Part shown: in pieces, positions 8,696-17,690 of the stretch
Position numbering within the stretch: the stretch's first letter is position 1
How the letters are laid out: each line of letters opens with the position of its first letter
Source of the DNA: Minisyncoccota bacterium
GTDB taxonomy: Bacteria > Patescibacteriota > Minisyncoccia > Phycocordibacterales > UBA9973
Length of the DNA: 64,000 nt
Assembly (NCBI GenBank): GCA_031413715.1
Contig: JANOFO010000007.1
Location: forward strand, 26,338-90,337
Direction: 5' to 3'
Program-made: the position numbers and the translations under genes
The notes under the pieces: generated by a model
The model's input: only the letters and a program-made list of their open reading frames with translations
The model's database searches: none
Told to the model about the DNA's origin: nothing

Positions 8696-10174
8696 TTATT
8701 TTGTGTAATTAGGCGCTTCTTTGGTGATCGTGACATCGTGTGGATGACTCTCGGCCATTCCCGAGGAAGTAATTTTTGTAAATGTAGCATCCCACATATC
8801 TTTGACTGTTTTAGCTCCTATATATCCCATACCTGAGCGCAGGCCACCTATATACTGATATATAATCTCTGCCACTGTACCCTTGAATGGTACAATGCCG
8901 ACGATACCTTCGGGGACGAGTTTTGAATCTTCAAACTCACCTTCCTGAAAGTAGCGGTCATTTGAACCTTCTTTCATAGCCTCAACTGATCCCATACCTC
9001 GGTAACTTTTAAATTTTCGCCCTTCGAGTAGTACAATTTCACCAGGAGACTCTTCGGTACCTGCGAAGAGTGAACCCATCATGACCGATGAAGCACCTCC
9101 GCAAAGTGCTTTAACCATATCGCCACTGTATCTGATGCCTCCATCGGCAATGATAGGAATATCAAATCCGGCTTTATCCAGAGATTCTTTTACATTTATG
9201 ATTGCTGATAGTTGTGGAACTCCAATGCCCGCTATTATACGAGTAGTGCATATTGAGCCAGGACCAACTCCCACTTTGACGGCATCTGCTCCAGCTCGAG
9301 CGAGCGCGACAGCCCCTTCGCCTGTCGCTACATTTCCAACAACAAGCTGCGCATTCTTATAAAGTTTCTTAATTTTTTTAGCTGTATCGATGATATTTTT
9401 AGAATGCCCATGCGCACTATCAAGTACGATAACATCAACACCTGCATCTATGAGAGCCTTCGCATGGATAAGTGCGTCTTTACCAGCACCAATAGCAGCA
9501 CCGACTCGGAGCCTTCCGCGATCGTCCTTGCAGGCATTTGGGTTTGCTTCTTCTTTTTGGATATCTTTGTATGTGATAAGACCTACTAGTTTTCCATTTT
9601 TGTTTACAATTGGAAGCTTCTTGATTTTATTTTGCAGTAGGATTTTCTTAGCTTGTATTAGATTACAGTTCTCTCGAGCAGTGATAAGATTACGGGTCAT
9701 AATAGAACTTACTTTTTTAGATAAGTCAGTCTCTGATCGCATGTCACGGCTCGTAATAATACCGACTAGTTTTTTATTACTATCAATAATTGGCATACCG
9801 CTGATACCTTTCTCTTTCATAAGATTTGTAGCATCGAGAAGTGTTGCAGTTGGTTCGAGAGTGTAGGGATCATGGATGATGCTATTCTCGGAGCGCTTCA
9901 CTTGTCTTACTTGGTCAACTTGGTCTTCAAGAGACATATTCTTGTGTATGATGCCTATTCCGCCACATTGAGCGATAGCAACAGCAAGCCTAGCATCAGT
10001 AACTGTATCCATAGCTGCTGAAATGATAGGTATATTTAAATTTATTTTTTTAGTTAGTCTTGTTGTCGTTACAACACTGCGAGGGTGTATTTCAGAGTAT
10101 CGTGGCAGGATTAAAACATCATCAAATGTTAGAGATTCTACTATTGGAGTGCGTTTCACTGCCTTCTTTTTCAT
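8696..10174 (-). CDS. guaB: IMP dehydrogenase
   Basis: TIM-barrel with tandem CBS domains. Catalytic loop [11 protein letters not shown] and [10 protein letters not shown]. Confidence 0.9.
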   Translation of the reverse strand: MKKKAVKRTPIVESLTFDDVLILPRYSEIHPRSVVTTTRLTKKINLNIPIISAAMDTVTDARLAVAIAQCGGIGIIHKNMSLEDQVDQVRQVKRSENSIIHDPYTLEPTATLLDATNLMKEKGISGMPIIDSNKKLVGIITSRDMRSETDLSKKVSSIMTRNLITARENCNLIQAKKILLQNKIKKLPIVNKNGKLVGLITYKDIQKEEANPNACKDDRGRLRVGAAIGAGKDALIHAKALIDAGVDVIVLDSAHGHSKNIIDTAKKIKKLYKNAQLVVGNVATGEGAVALARAGADAVKVGVGPGSICTTRIIAGIGVPQLSAIINVKESLDKAGFDIPIIADGGIRYSGDMVKALCGGASSVMMGSLFAGTEESPGEIVLLEGRKFKSYRGMGSVEAMKEGSNDRYFQEGEFEDSKLVPEGIVGIVPFKGTVAEIIYQYIGGLRSGMGYIGAKTVKDMWDATFTKITSSGMAESHPHDVTITKEAPNYTK

Positions 10175-10225
10175 AAGAGGAGTATATCATAATAATTTCA
10201 AAAGTAGAATTTGGAATAAAAAAAT

Positions 10226-10250
10226 GAGGGTTGGAAAAATTCCAACCCCC
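10226..10250. terminator. intrinsic terminator (GAGGGTTGGA-aaaat-TCCAACCCCC). On the minus strand it is followed by UUUUUUUAUU
   Basis: Hairpin with A-run upstream and T-run downstream. Located 185 nt downstream of the oxidase stop and ~50 nt upstream of the guaB start. Confidence 0.7.
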
Positions 10251-10384
10251 TTATTTATTGTTAGCGCTCAAGGTAATGCACTTTATGTATAAAACTTTTA
10301 AAGAAAATAATGGGACCAGAATAGAAATTCAGTCCCGTGTTTCACAAGCCATAATCCTAAAACCTGAGGATTATGTATGCTCTA

Positions 10385-10413
10385 ATTCTACCCTAAAGTA
10401 CTCGTGTAGTCAA
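10385..10413 (-). promoter_or_regulatory. sigma70-like promoter (TTGACT-N17-TAGAAT) on the minus strand just after the oxidase stop
   Basis: -35 at 10408..10413 and -10 at 10385..10390 on the minus strand. It would initiate a ~150-nt transcript ending at the 10226..10250 terminator. Confidence 0.45.
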
Positions 10414-10434
10414 TATTTAATATGGGGATTACTT

Positions 10435-12138
10435 TTAGTTATGAATTTCTTCAATTATATGGCTCTGTATATATTCCATAGTCGCACCGACTTTCTTGCC
10501 AGGGTTGAGGATATTTTGCGGGTCAAAAATACTCTTTGTTTTTTCAAAAAGTCCATATATCTTTGCACCAAACATCTGCAGTAAAAATGGCGAGCGAATA
10601 ATGCCGTCATTGTGTTCTGCTGTAGTCGAGCCTTTATAGCTAAGCACTAGATCATAAACTTCCCTCGAGAGGTTTATGATTATATCTTTCGTTTTTGGAT
10701 TAGAGAAATCCATTAGTGGAATAATATGGAAGTTCCCATTCCCTGCATGTCCGGCAATGGTATAGGTGATTGGATATTTATCTAGTATTTTATTTAATTT
10801 AGGTAGAAATTCTGGCAGATATTCTGGTAAAACAATAATGTCATCAATAAAAGGCGCCGTATGTTTATCTTTGATATGCTTTCGGAGCAACGCAAAAGAT
10901 TCACGGCGGATATCCCAATATTTTTCAGACTCTGTTTGTGACGTTGTCGTGCGAATCTTGAATGGGAATTTTTTAAGTACAGGTAGTAAAGCTTTTGCCT
11001 TTTCATCTATCTCTTTTTCATTTTCTCCGGCAAATTCGATGAGCAATATGAGTTTCGGTATTCCGAATGCCGTCATCATGATAACTTCGGGCCAAAAACT
11101 CCACATAAATTTAATCATTCCCCATAGGCCCTTTTTCTTTAAAAAATCTGGGAAAAATTTGATGGCAAGCTTCATGGTCGCATCATCATAGGACTCTAAA
11201 CTTTCAGGGTGATTAGGAAGGATTGCCCCCACGACTTCCCCGAGCTGTTTGATGTCTTTCATGAATACAACCACCAGTTTTGAAACCTTCTTTGTCGCGA
11301 CAAGATGAAGTGTAATTTTGGTGACTATTCCAAGCGTGCCTTGAGAGCCGACGATAAGCTTTGTCAGGTCGAATATTCCCCCCTCTTCATCCCAGACGTT
11401 CCAAAGATAGTATCCAGCAGAATTCTTTGAAACATTTGGTTTAGCTGTTTTTATCGCATCTTTGTTTTCATTTATAAGAGAGAAAATATTTTTGTAAATA
11501 TCACCTTCAAAGTCACCTTGGGCAATTTTACTGTAGAGTTCTTTCTTAGTTAATGGGCGCACAGTGTATTCCCTACCATCGGAAAAAACCACTTGCAACT
11601 CTTTAATATAATCCTCAGTCTTTCCATAATTAAGCGTTTTTTCTCCGGCAGAATTATTGCCAATCATTCCCCCGATAGCATTTAAGCTTTTTGATGCTGT
11701 ATAACATGGCAATAATAAACCTTGCGATATAGTTTTGGGCTCGAAATCTCGATAATAACATCCAGGCTCGACGATTGCTTGACCAGAAATTGTGACGTCA
11801 TGAGCATTCGGATATTTAGGTCGAAGGAGAAAAGGAGTGACAATTTCAATTTGTCCAATCTTATTCATATAGCGAGTAAAATCCATAATTATGGATTCAC
11901 CAATTGCTCCGCCAGACATACATGTCCCAGCAGAGCGAGGAGTAATAGAAAGATTTGGATATTTTATTTTATTTTCGTTCACCCATTTCACAAGAGACTT
12001 GATATCTTCGCTGTCTTTTGGAAAGACCACAAGCTCGGGCCTAATTTCTAGGAGCGATGCATCACGTGAATACTTGGATAAAGATTCTTCACTATCTTCG
12101 ATATCGCCTTTCCAGAATTTTTGTATTTCTTCCTTCAT
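10435..12138 (-). CDS. FAD-linked oxidase (GlcD / D-lactate dehydrogenase family)
   Basis: FAD-binding PCMH-type domain (SAGTCMSGGAIGE region) plus an FAD-oxidase C-terminal domain. Substrate not assignable. Confidence 0.65.
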   Translation of the reverse strand: MKEEIQKFWKGDIEDSEESLSKYSRDASLLEIRPELVVFPKDSEDIKSLVKWVNENKIKYPNLSITPRSAGTCMSGGAIGESIIMDFTRYMNKIGQIEIVTPFLLRPKYPNAHDVTISGQAIVEPGCYYRDFEPKTISQGLLLPCYTASKSLNAIGGMIGNNSAGEKTLNYGKTEDYIKELQVVFSDGREYTVRPLTKKELYSKIAQGDFEGDIYKNIFSLINENKDAIKTAKPNVSKNSAGYYLWNVWDEEGGIFDLTKLIVGSQGTLGIVTKITLHLVATKKVSKLVVVFMKDIKQLGEVVGAILPNHPESLESYDDATMKLAIKFFPDFLKKKGLWGMIKFMWSFWPEVIMMTAFGIPKLILLIEFAGENEKEIDEKAKALLPVLKKFPFKIRTTTSQTESEKYWDIRRESFALLRKHIKDKHTAPFIDDIIVLPEYLPEFLPKLNKILDKYPITYTIAGHAGNGNFHIIPLMDFSNPKTKDIIINLSREVYDLVLSYKGSTTAEHNDGIIRSPFLLQMFGAKIYGLFEKTKSIFDPQNILNPGKKVGATMEYIQSHIIEEIHN

Positions 12139-12140
12139 TT

Positions 12141-12995
12141 TTATACAAGATTATTAAAAAGCTTAAGGCGATCTTCTGCTACAGCTTGCATTGCTTTCAC
12201 AGTGGGTTCCGCAAGCTTGTATGGTGCGACTTCATTTGGATTGTCAAAAAAAGACTGTTTCATTGCTTCTACGTATGCTATGCGGAGTTCAGTGTTGATA
12301 TGGATAATTGAGATACCAGCAGCGATACTGTTGGTAAAATCTTCATCGCGAAGTCCAGAACCGCCATGGAGTACGAGTGGAATACCGACTGAGTTTTTTA
12401 TTTCTTTTACAAGTTCGATATTTATATGAGGTTTGCCACTTTTGATAAGTCCGTGGATGGATCCAACTGAAGGAGCAAGCATATCAATACCTGTCATTTC
12501 AACAAAGCGTTTTGCATCTTCTGGTTTGGTCAAAATCCCTGCTCCCTCTGGAATAGTATCTTTAACTTCTGAGCCAGAACCAATGAATCCCAATTCTGCT
12601 TCAACAAGCACGTCACGACCACAACTGCGAGCATATTCTACTGTTTGTTTAGTCACCGCAACATTTTCCTCAAAAGTTTTATTTGCCAGATCAATTATAA
12701 CCGCGTCAAAGCCCGCATCGATCGCCCCTCTGGCTGATTCAAAACTAAAGTGGTGGTCTGCGTTAAGATATATAGGGTAATTATCGCCCTCGCGGAGCTC
12801 TTTAATAAGCGCTACTGCTTCATCTCTCCCGACAAACTCTTCTTCTCCTTCTGATAATCCGATAATGACAGGAACATGGAGACTTTTCGCTGCATTATAA
12901 ACTGCATGTAATCCTTCCAAGTTTGAAATATTGAAATGTCCTATCGCCACTTTTTTTTCTTCAGCCTCTTTTATTATTTCGCGCAGAGTCTTCAT
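12141..12995 (-). CDS. fba: fructose-bisphosphate aldolase, class II
   Basis: VAIGHFN, HLDHG-like ADHHFSFE, and LVLHGGSG motifs of the class-II FBA/tagatose-bisphosphate aldolase family. Confidence 0.85.
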   Translation of the reverse strand: MKTLREIIKEAEEKKVAIGHFNISNLEGLHAVYNAAKSLHVPVIIGLSEGEEEFVGRDEAVALIKELREGDNYPIYLNADHHFSFESARGAIDAGFDAVIIDLANKTFEENVAVTKQTVEYARSCGRDVLVEAELGFIGSGSEVKDTIPEGAGILTKPEDAKRFVEMTGIDMLAPSVGSIHGLIKSGKPHINIELVKEIKNSVGIPLVLHGGSGLRDEDFTNSIAAGISIIHINTELRIAYVEAMKQSFFDNPNEVAPYKLAEPTVKAMQAVAEDRLKLFNNLV

Positions 12996-13002
12996 ACTTT
13001 GG

Positions 13003-13025
13003 ATTATATCACACTGTGATATAAT
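13003..13025. promoter_or_regulatory. 21-bp perfect palindrome TTATATCACA-c-TGTGATATAA embedding divergent -10 boxes for fba and the PfkB kinase
   Basis: Read directly. TATAAT lies 7 nt upstream of the fba ATG (minus) and TATAAT lies 8 nt upstream of the kinase ATG (plus). The intergenic region is only 38 bp. Confidence 0.8.
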
Positions 13026-13033
13026 AGAGATAT

Positions 13034-14029
13034 ATGGAAAAACAAATTGACTTACTAGCCATTGGTGATTTGGTAGTAGATGACTTCATACGGTTAAAAG
13101 ATGCAGAAGCTACATGTGACCTCGATCAGGAAAATTGTAGGCTATGTGTACGCTTTGGAGACAAAGTTCCTTATGAACTTCATAAAATAGTTTATGCGGT
13201 TGGCAATAGCGCAAATGCTGCAGTTTCAGCAAGTCGCCTGGGGCTGCGATCTGCTCTATCTGGCGTTATTGGCAATGATGATTATGGAAAAGGATGCATG
13301 AAATCACTTGCTGACAACAACGTAAGTCTTGATTTTATTGAGACTGATCCAAAATTGCCTACTAATTATCACTATGTACTTTGGTATGGACCTGAAAGAA
13401 CTATATTGGTCAATCATGCTCCATTTGAGCGCCATTTGCCGAATGATATGAAGGCGCCGAAATGGATCTATCTCTCATCTCTCGGAGAAAATACCGAAGC
13501 CTTCCATCATGAGATAGCAGCGTGGCTCAAAGAACATCCTGAAACTAAATTCGCATTCCAACCTGGGACATTTCAGATAAAGCTCGGTACTGAGAAACTT
13601 AAAGATATGTATGAACATTCAGATATTTTCTTTTGTAACGTAGAAGAAGCGCAGAGAATTTTAAAAGTACAAGAACTTGACCCGAAAAAGTTAATGGATA
13701 TGCTCCATAGACTTGGACCAGTTATCGTTGTTATGACTGATGGTATTAAAGGAGCCTATGCTAGAGAAGAAGATGGCAGTATGTGGTATATGCCAATTTA
13801 TCCACATACACCTCTTGAACGCACTGGGGCTGGTGACGCTTTTGCTTCTACTGTTACATCTGCACTTGCTATGGGCAAAACACTTGAAGAGGCGCTCATG
13901 TGGGCACCCATAAATGCAATGTCTGTAACTCAGTTTATTGGTGCCCAAGAAGGTTTATTGACTCAACAGAAGTTGCAAGAATATCTTGATAAAGCTCCCG
14001 AAGACTACAAGATCAAGAAATTAGATTAA
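13034..14029 (+). CDS. PfkB-family carbohydrate kinase (ribokinase-like)
   Basis: N-terminal GG motif and C-terminal TGAGDAFAS anion-hole motif of the PfkB family. Substrate not assignable. Confidence 0.75.
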   Translation: MEKQIDLLAIGDLVVDDFIRLKDAEATCDLDQENCRLCVRFGDKVPYELHKIVYAVGNSANAAVSASRLGLRSALSGVIGNDDYGKGCMKSLADNNVSLDFIETDPKLPTNYHYVLWYGPERTILVNHAPFERHLPNDMKAPKWIYLSSLGENTEAFHHEIAAWLKEHPETKFAFQPGTFQIKLGTEKLKDMYEHSDIFFCNVEEAQRILKVQELDPKKLMDMLHRLGPVIVVMTDGIKGAYAREEDGSMWYMPIYPHTPLERTGAGDAFASTVTSALAMGKTLEEALMWAPINAMSVTQFIGAQEGLLTQQKLQEYLDKAPEDYKIKKLD

Positions 14030-14032
14030 ATT

Positions 14033-14686
14033 ATGGAAAAATTCAAATCATTTTTTAAAAGGAAAGAAGATGAAGAGGAACTTCAGAAAGTTATAGACGA
14101 AGCAGTTGAAAGCGAGTCGCAGAAATTGCAGCATGGAGCAAGTGAAGAATTCAAAGAGAATCGAGAGGATCAAGAATTTAACATAGCCGCAAATAAACAT
14201 TTCATCGAGAATATACTTGGAAAAAAAGTTGAAATAGATGTCTTAAACAAAGAAGAGGTCAAGAAGATTGAAAAATATATACAGAATAAGAATGATGGTC
14301 TTCAGGCTCGGATGACAGCTATATATGAATATATTTTAGAGAACTCAGGAACTATGGATCCTATAAAATATGAGGAGGTAAAAGACAAGATCTCTAAGAT
14401 CGATGAAAAGATACGGGAACTAAATCACAAGATGTCTAAGGAACTTGGTCAAATGGAATATCTAGATAAGCCCCAAGCTTTTTATTACGGCGAACAGATT
14501 GCTCTTTATGATCAACAACTCAATCAGCTCGAGACGGATAAAGAATTATTAGAAAATTATATCGAAAAGAATTTGCCGAAAATTGATGCCGAAGAAGAAG
14601 ATGAATGGATGCGAGAGCACGATGATCTGGATAAGAAATCTTTAAAATATCAAAATTACCTTCATTCGGACCCGAATCAGAACTAA
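14033..14686 (+). CDS. hypothetical acidic coiled-coil protein
   Basis: 217 aa, rich in E/K. Start is 3 nt after the kinase stop, so likely co-transcribed. No recognisable domain. Confidence 0.5.
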   Translation: MEKFKSFFKRKEDEEELQKVIDEAVESESQKLQHGASEEFKENREDQEFNIAANKHFIENILGKKVEIDVLNKEEVKKIEKYIQNKNDGLQARMTAIYEYILENSGTMDPIKYEEVKDKISKIDEKIRELNHKMSKELGQMEYLDKPQAFYYGEQIALYDQQLNQLETDKELLENYIEKNLPKIDAEEEDEWMREHDDLDKKSLKYQNYLHSDPNQN

Positions 14687-14978
14687 TTGGGAATTCACTT
14701 CTTCTTACTGGTTTTTATAGATTAGTTTGCTATAATTATTCAGACAAACTGAACCTTTAATTTCTAATCCAATTAAATTTTATAGTTATGGTTATTAATC
14801 AGAATTCTATCCTAGAACTAAAAATCCTGATCTCTTTCAATCGTTGGATGCTTGATTATATAGCACCAGAAAGTGATAAAAAATTTTATGTAAATAGGAT
14901 CAGAATATTTGAAGCTCGACTTCAAATATTGAATCTTTTTGTGTAAAAGTAAATGCACAAATTATTCTTGCAAAAAAT

Positions 14979-15002
14979 ACCGGCGCGTTAGACGCACCGG
15001 TA
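14979..15002. terminator. bidirectional intrinsic terminator (ACCGGCGCG-uuaga-CGCACCGGU) with U-tracts on both strands
   Basis: GC-rich hairpin seen directly. Lies downstream of the DUF975 gene (minus) and of the intergenic plus-strand transcript. Confidence 0.65.
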
Positions 15003-15024
15003 TTTTATATTGATATTTTTTTTA

Positions 15025-15642
15025 TTATGCTACTGCAGCTAGTTCAGTATTAATCACCTCAGATTTCTGGCTCTTTATATCATCGTAGAATTTTGCAAGA
15101 CTGACTGAGACATATGGTACGAGCCAGAGGAATCCTATTCCAAGAGTAAGAACACAAAGTAGTGCCCATCCGATGAATCGAAGGTAGAGACAGAAAAGTT
15201 TCCACTTATTGCCTTTCATCATCTCTTTACTTTTATCTATAGCAGCGTTTACGCCTATATCTTTATCATCTGCGAGTATATAGTATGTCATTGCATATGA
15301 AAATGCAGCAATTATTCCGGGAATAATAAGTAGAAGAGTCCAGAGAAGTATGTATATAATAAGAAGTAGATATGCTTTAACAGCTCTCCACCATGTATTA
15401 AATGGTTCTAATACCTGCAACACTTTTGCTTCTTTTCCTCGAGAAATATTTAGCCAGAAAATTGCAAAACCTAACGCAATTGGTCCACTGACAATGAGAG
15501 ATATCAGACCCCCAAGAATTGGAGTTAATTTAAGAAAAAGTGTGAATATACCGTACACAAAAACTAGATAAACAGCTTGTGCCCATTTTCCCTTCAATGA
15601 TTCTAGTGCCTCGCTCATCAGTGTTTTATTTGCTGTTTTCAT
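15025..15642 (-). CDS. DUF975-family integral membrane protein
   Basis: N-terminal ...LKGKWAQAV... followed by 4-5 TM helices. Pattern resembles the DUF975 family. Moderate recollection only. Confidence 0.5.
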   Translation of the reverse strand: MKTANKTLMSEALESLKGKWAQAVYLVFVYGIFTLFLKLTPILGGLISLIVSGPIALGFAIFWLNISRGKEAKVLQVLEPFNTWWRAVKAYLLLIIYILLWTLLLIIPGIIAAFSYAMTYYILADDKDIGVNAAIDKSKEMMKGNKWKLFCLYLRFIGWALLCVLTLGIGFLWLVPYVSVSLAKFYDDIKSQKSEVINTELAAVA

Positions 15643-15683
15643 AGATTAAATCGGGTAATTTATAATAAGCCCATACTACGCTA

Positions 15684-16682
15684 TTATTGTCTTCTTTTCA
15701 ATACTTTCTCCACTGCATCTGTTATATGCGATACCCCCATTTTGTAATGTTCAATAAGTTCTTCGGGTGTACCTGATTGACCAAATACATCTTGTACACC
15801 TACAAATTCTATCGGTGTAGGATAATATTTTGCCAAGCATTCAGCTATAGCAGAACCCAGACCACCTATTATTTGATGCTCCTCGACTGTGACGATAGCT
15901 TTAGCTTCCTTTGCCAAAGAAACAATTGCTTCGCTGTCAAGCGGCTTGATAGTAGATAGGTTCATGACTTTTATTTTGATCCCTTCTTTCTCGAGATTGC
16001 GAGCGCAAATGATTGCTTTATAGAGAAGTGCGCCTGTAGCTATAATACCCACCTGTGCTAATCCTTGTTCGGGCACAAAAACTATTTGAGCCTTTCCAAT
16101 TTCAAAGGGAGTGTCTTCGGTAGTTATAATAGGAGTTTTTTCGCGTGCAAGTCGCAAATATGTCGGCTCTTTTGTTTTTGCGCAGGCAAGAGTCGCCTTC
16201 TTTGCCTCAATTACATCGCATGGCGAGAGTACCACCATATTCGGCATTACGCGCATGATAGCCATGTCTTCAATTGCCTGATGAGTTCCCCCATCTGGGC
16301 CTACAGATATACCGGCATGTGAGCCTGCGATTTTTACAGGGCGATCATTATATGCGATCGTTGTACGAATCTGTTCCCAATTACGACCAGGACTAAACAT
16401 TGCATATGATGATACGAATGGGATCTTGCCCATTGCTGCCATACCAGATGCAACAGTTACTAAATTTTGCTCTGCAACTCCAATTTCGATAAATCGCTCT
16501 GGGAATTTCTTTGCGAAGGCATCCATTTTTGTAGACTCTGTTAGGTCTGCACAGAGTGCAACAACTTTTTCATTTTCAATTCCAGCTGCAAGCAATCCCT
16601 CGCCAAACCCTTGACGAATCGGTACTTGTTCGACATCGTCATTGAAAAGTTTACTATTTAGTTTTAGTGATTGATTAAGCAT
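15684..16682 (-). CDS. transketolase, C-terminal (pyrimidine-binding/C-terminal) subunit
   Basis: Split transketolase: the Pyr domain plus the C-terminal domain as one 332-aa ORF. Confidence 0.85.
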   Translation of the reverse strand: MLNQSLKLNSKLFNDDVEQVPIRQGFGEGLLAAGIENEKVVALCADLTESTKMDAFAKKFPERFIEIGVAEQNLVTVASGMAAMGKIPFVSSYAMFSPGRNWEQIRTTIAYNDRPVKIAGSHAGISVGPDGGTHQAIEDMAIMRVMPNMVVLSPCDVIEAKKATLACAKTKEPTYLRLAREKTPIITTEDTPFEIGKAQIVFVPEQGLAQVGIIATGALLYKAIICARNLEKEGIKIKVMNLSTIKPLDSEAIVSLAKEAKAIVTVEEHQIIGGLGSAIAECLAKYYPTPIEFVGVQDVFGQSGTPEELIEHYKMGVSHITDAVEKVLKRRQ

Positions 16683-16688
16683 GTAGAT

Positions 16689-16822
16689 TTACTTGGTCAT
16701 ATAAATAAGTATCCAGACTGCAACAATGATTAAAGAAAAGATAATGACCAATATTTTCATTTTTACTATCTTCTTTCTATTTGCTTCCAGCATTTCTTTT
16801 GTTAAATCGTCATCCATATTAT
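16689..16822 (-). CDS. candidate 44-46 aa single-TM micro-protein between the transketolase subunits
   Basis: Sequence MNNMDDDLTKEMLEANRKKIVKMKILVIIFSLIIVAVWILIYMTK. Its ATG overlaps the tktN stop (ATGA). Below the ORF-track length cutoff. Confidence 0.3.
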
Positions 16823-17688
16823 TCATGCTCACTTCTAATCTTACCTCCGAGTGTACGCAATTCTTTTAAAGCTATATCAGCTTCTTGCTTATTCGGAGCC
16901 TTACCATGCCAGTGGTAGTCTCGCTCAAATTCTTTAACTCCTCGCCCAGGAATTGTACGTGCAATGATAACTGAAGGTCGCTCATAAATTGCCTTCGCTT
17001 TCTGTATGGCATCATTTACCTCTCGGAAATTATGTCCATCTACTTCTTGGGCATACCAACCAAATTGTTCATATTTTTTTCGTAAGTCACCGAGCGGCAT
17101 GATGTCTTCTGTATATCCATCTATCTGGATATTGTTACGATCAACAATCGCAATCACGTTTCGTAGTTTTTCTTTACTGGCAAGTAAAACTGCTTCCCAG
17201 GTATTCCCTTCATCGTGTTCGCCGTCGGAGAGGAGAGCATAGATTGTCTTGTCAGTGCCGACGCCATGATCTATCCGATCTGCTAGCGCCATGCCTACCG
17301 CTTGTGAGAGTCCTGAGCCAAGCGGTCCAGAAGAATTCTCAAGCCAAGGCATGTACTCTCGGTGAGGATGGCCTTGGAGTCGAGTACCGAATTTGCGAAG
17401 CGTTTGGAGCTCTTTTATGGGCATATAACCAGCATGAGCCATCGTTGCATACATAACCGGACATATATGGCCATTTGAAAGGACAAGCCTATCCCTATCT
17501 ACCCAATCAGGGCGTACGGGATCATGTTTAAGAGCATGAAAGTAAAGAAGTGTAAATATGTCAGTCATGCCGAGTGGACCTGCAGTATGGCCAGATTTAG
17601 CTTCGAGTAGCATTTCAATAATACTTGTACGTATATCGTTTGCTTTTATTTCTAGCTCCTTTATTTTTATATCGGTAAGATTTTCCAT
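16819..17688 (-). CDS. transketolase, N-terminal (TPP-binding) subunit
   Basis: GHTAGPLGM and GDG-x-EG thiamine-diphosphate-binding motifs. 289 aa split form. Confidence 0.85.
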   Translation of the reverse strand: MENLTDIKIKELEIKANDIRTSIIEMLLEAKSGHTAGPLGMTDIFTLLYFHALKHDPVRPDWVDRDRLVLSNGHICPVMYATMAHAGYMPIKELQTLRKFGTRLQGHPHREYMPWLENSSGPLGSGLSQAVGMALADRIDHGVGTDKTIYALLSDGEHDEGNTWEAVLLASKEKLRNVIAIVDRNNIQIDGYTEDIMPLGDLRKKYEQFGWYAQEVDGHNFREVNDAIQKAKAIYERPSVIIARTIPGRGVKEFERDYHWHGKAPNKQEADIALKELRTLGGKIRSEHE

Positions 17689-17690
17689 TT

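Noticed and set aside
10216-10413. Purine (guanine/adenine) riboswitch upstream of guaB
   Set aside because: The three-way-junction consensus (UAUAAU J1/2, GUUUCUACC J2/3, conserved L2/L3) is not present. The element is reported as an unclassified structured RNA instead.
10231-10584. 117-aa plus-strand ORF in the guaB upstream region
   Set aside because: It overlaps the 3' end of the FAD oxidase gene. The region is better explained as a non-coding promoter-hairpin-terminator unit on the minus strand.
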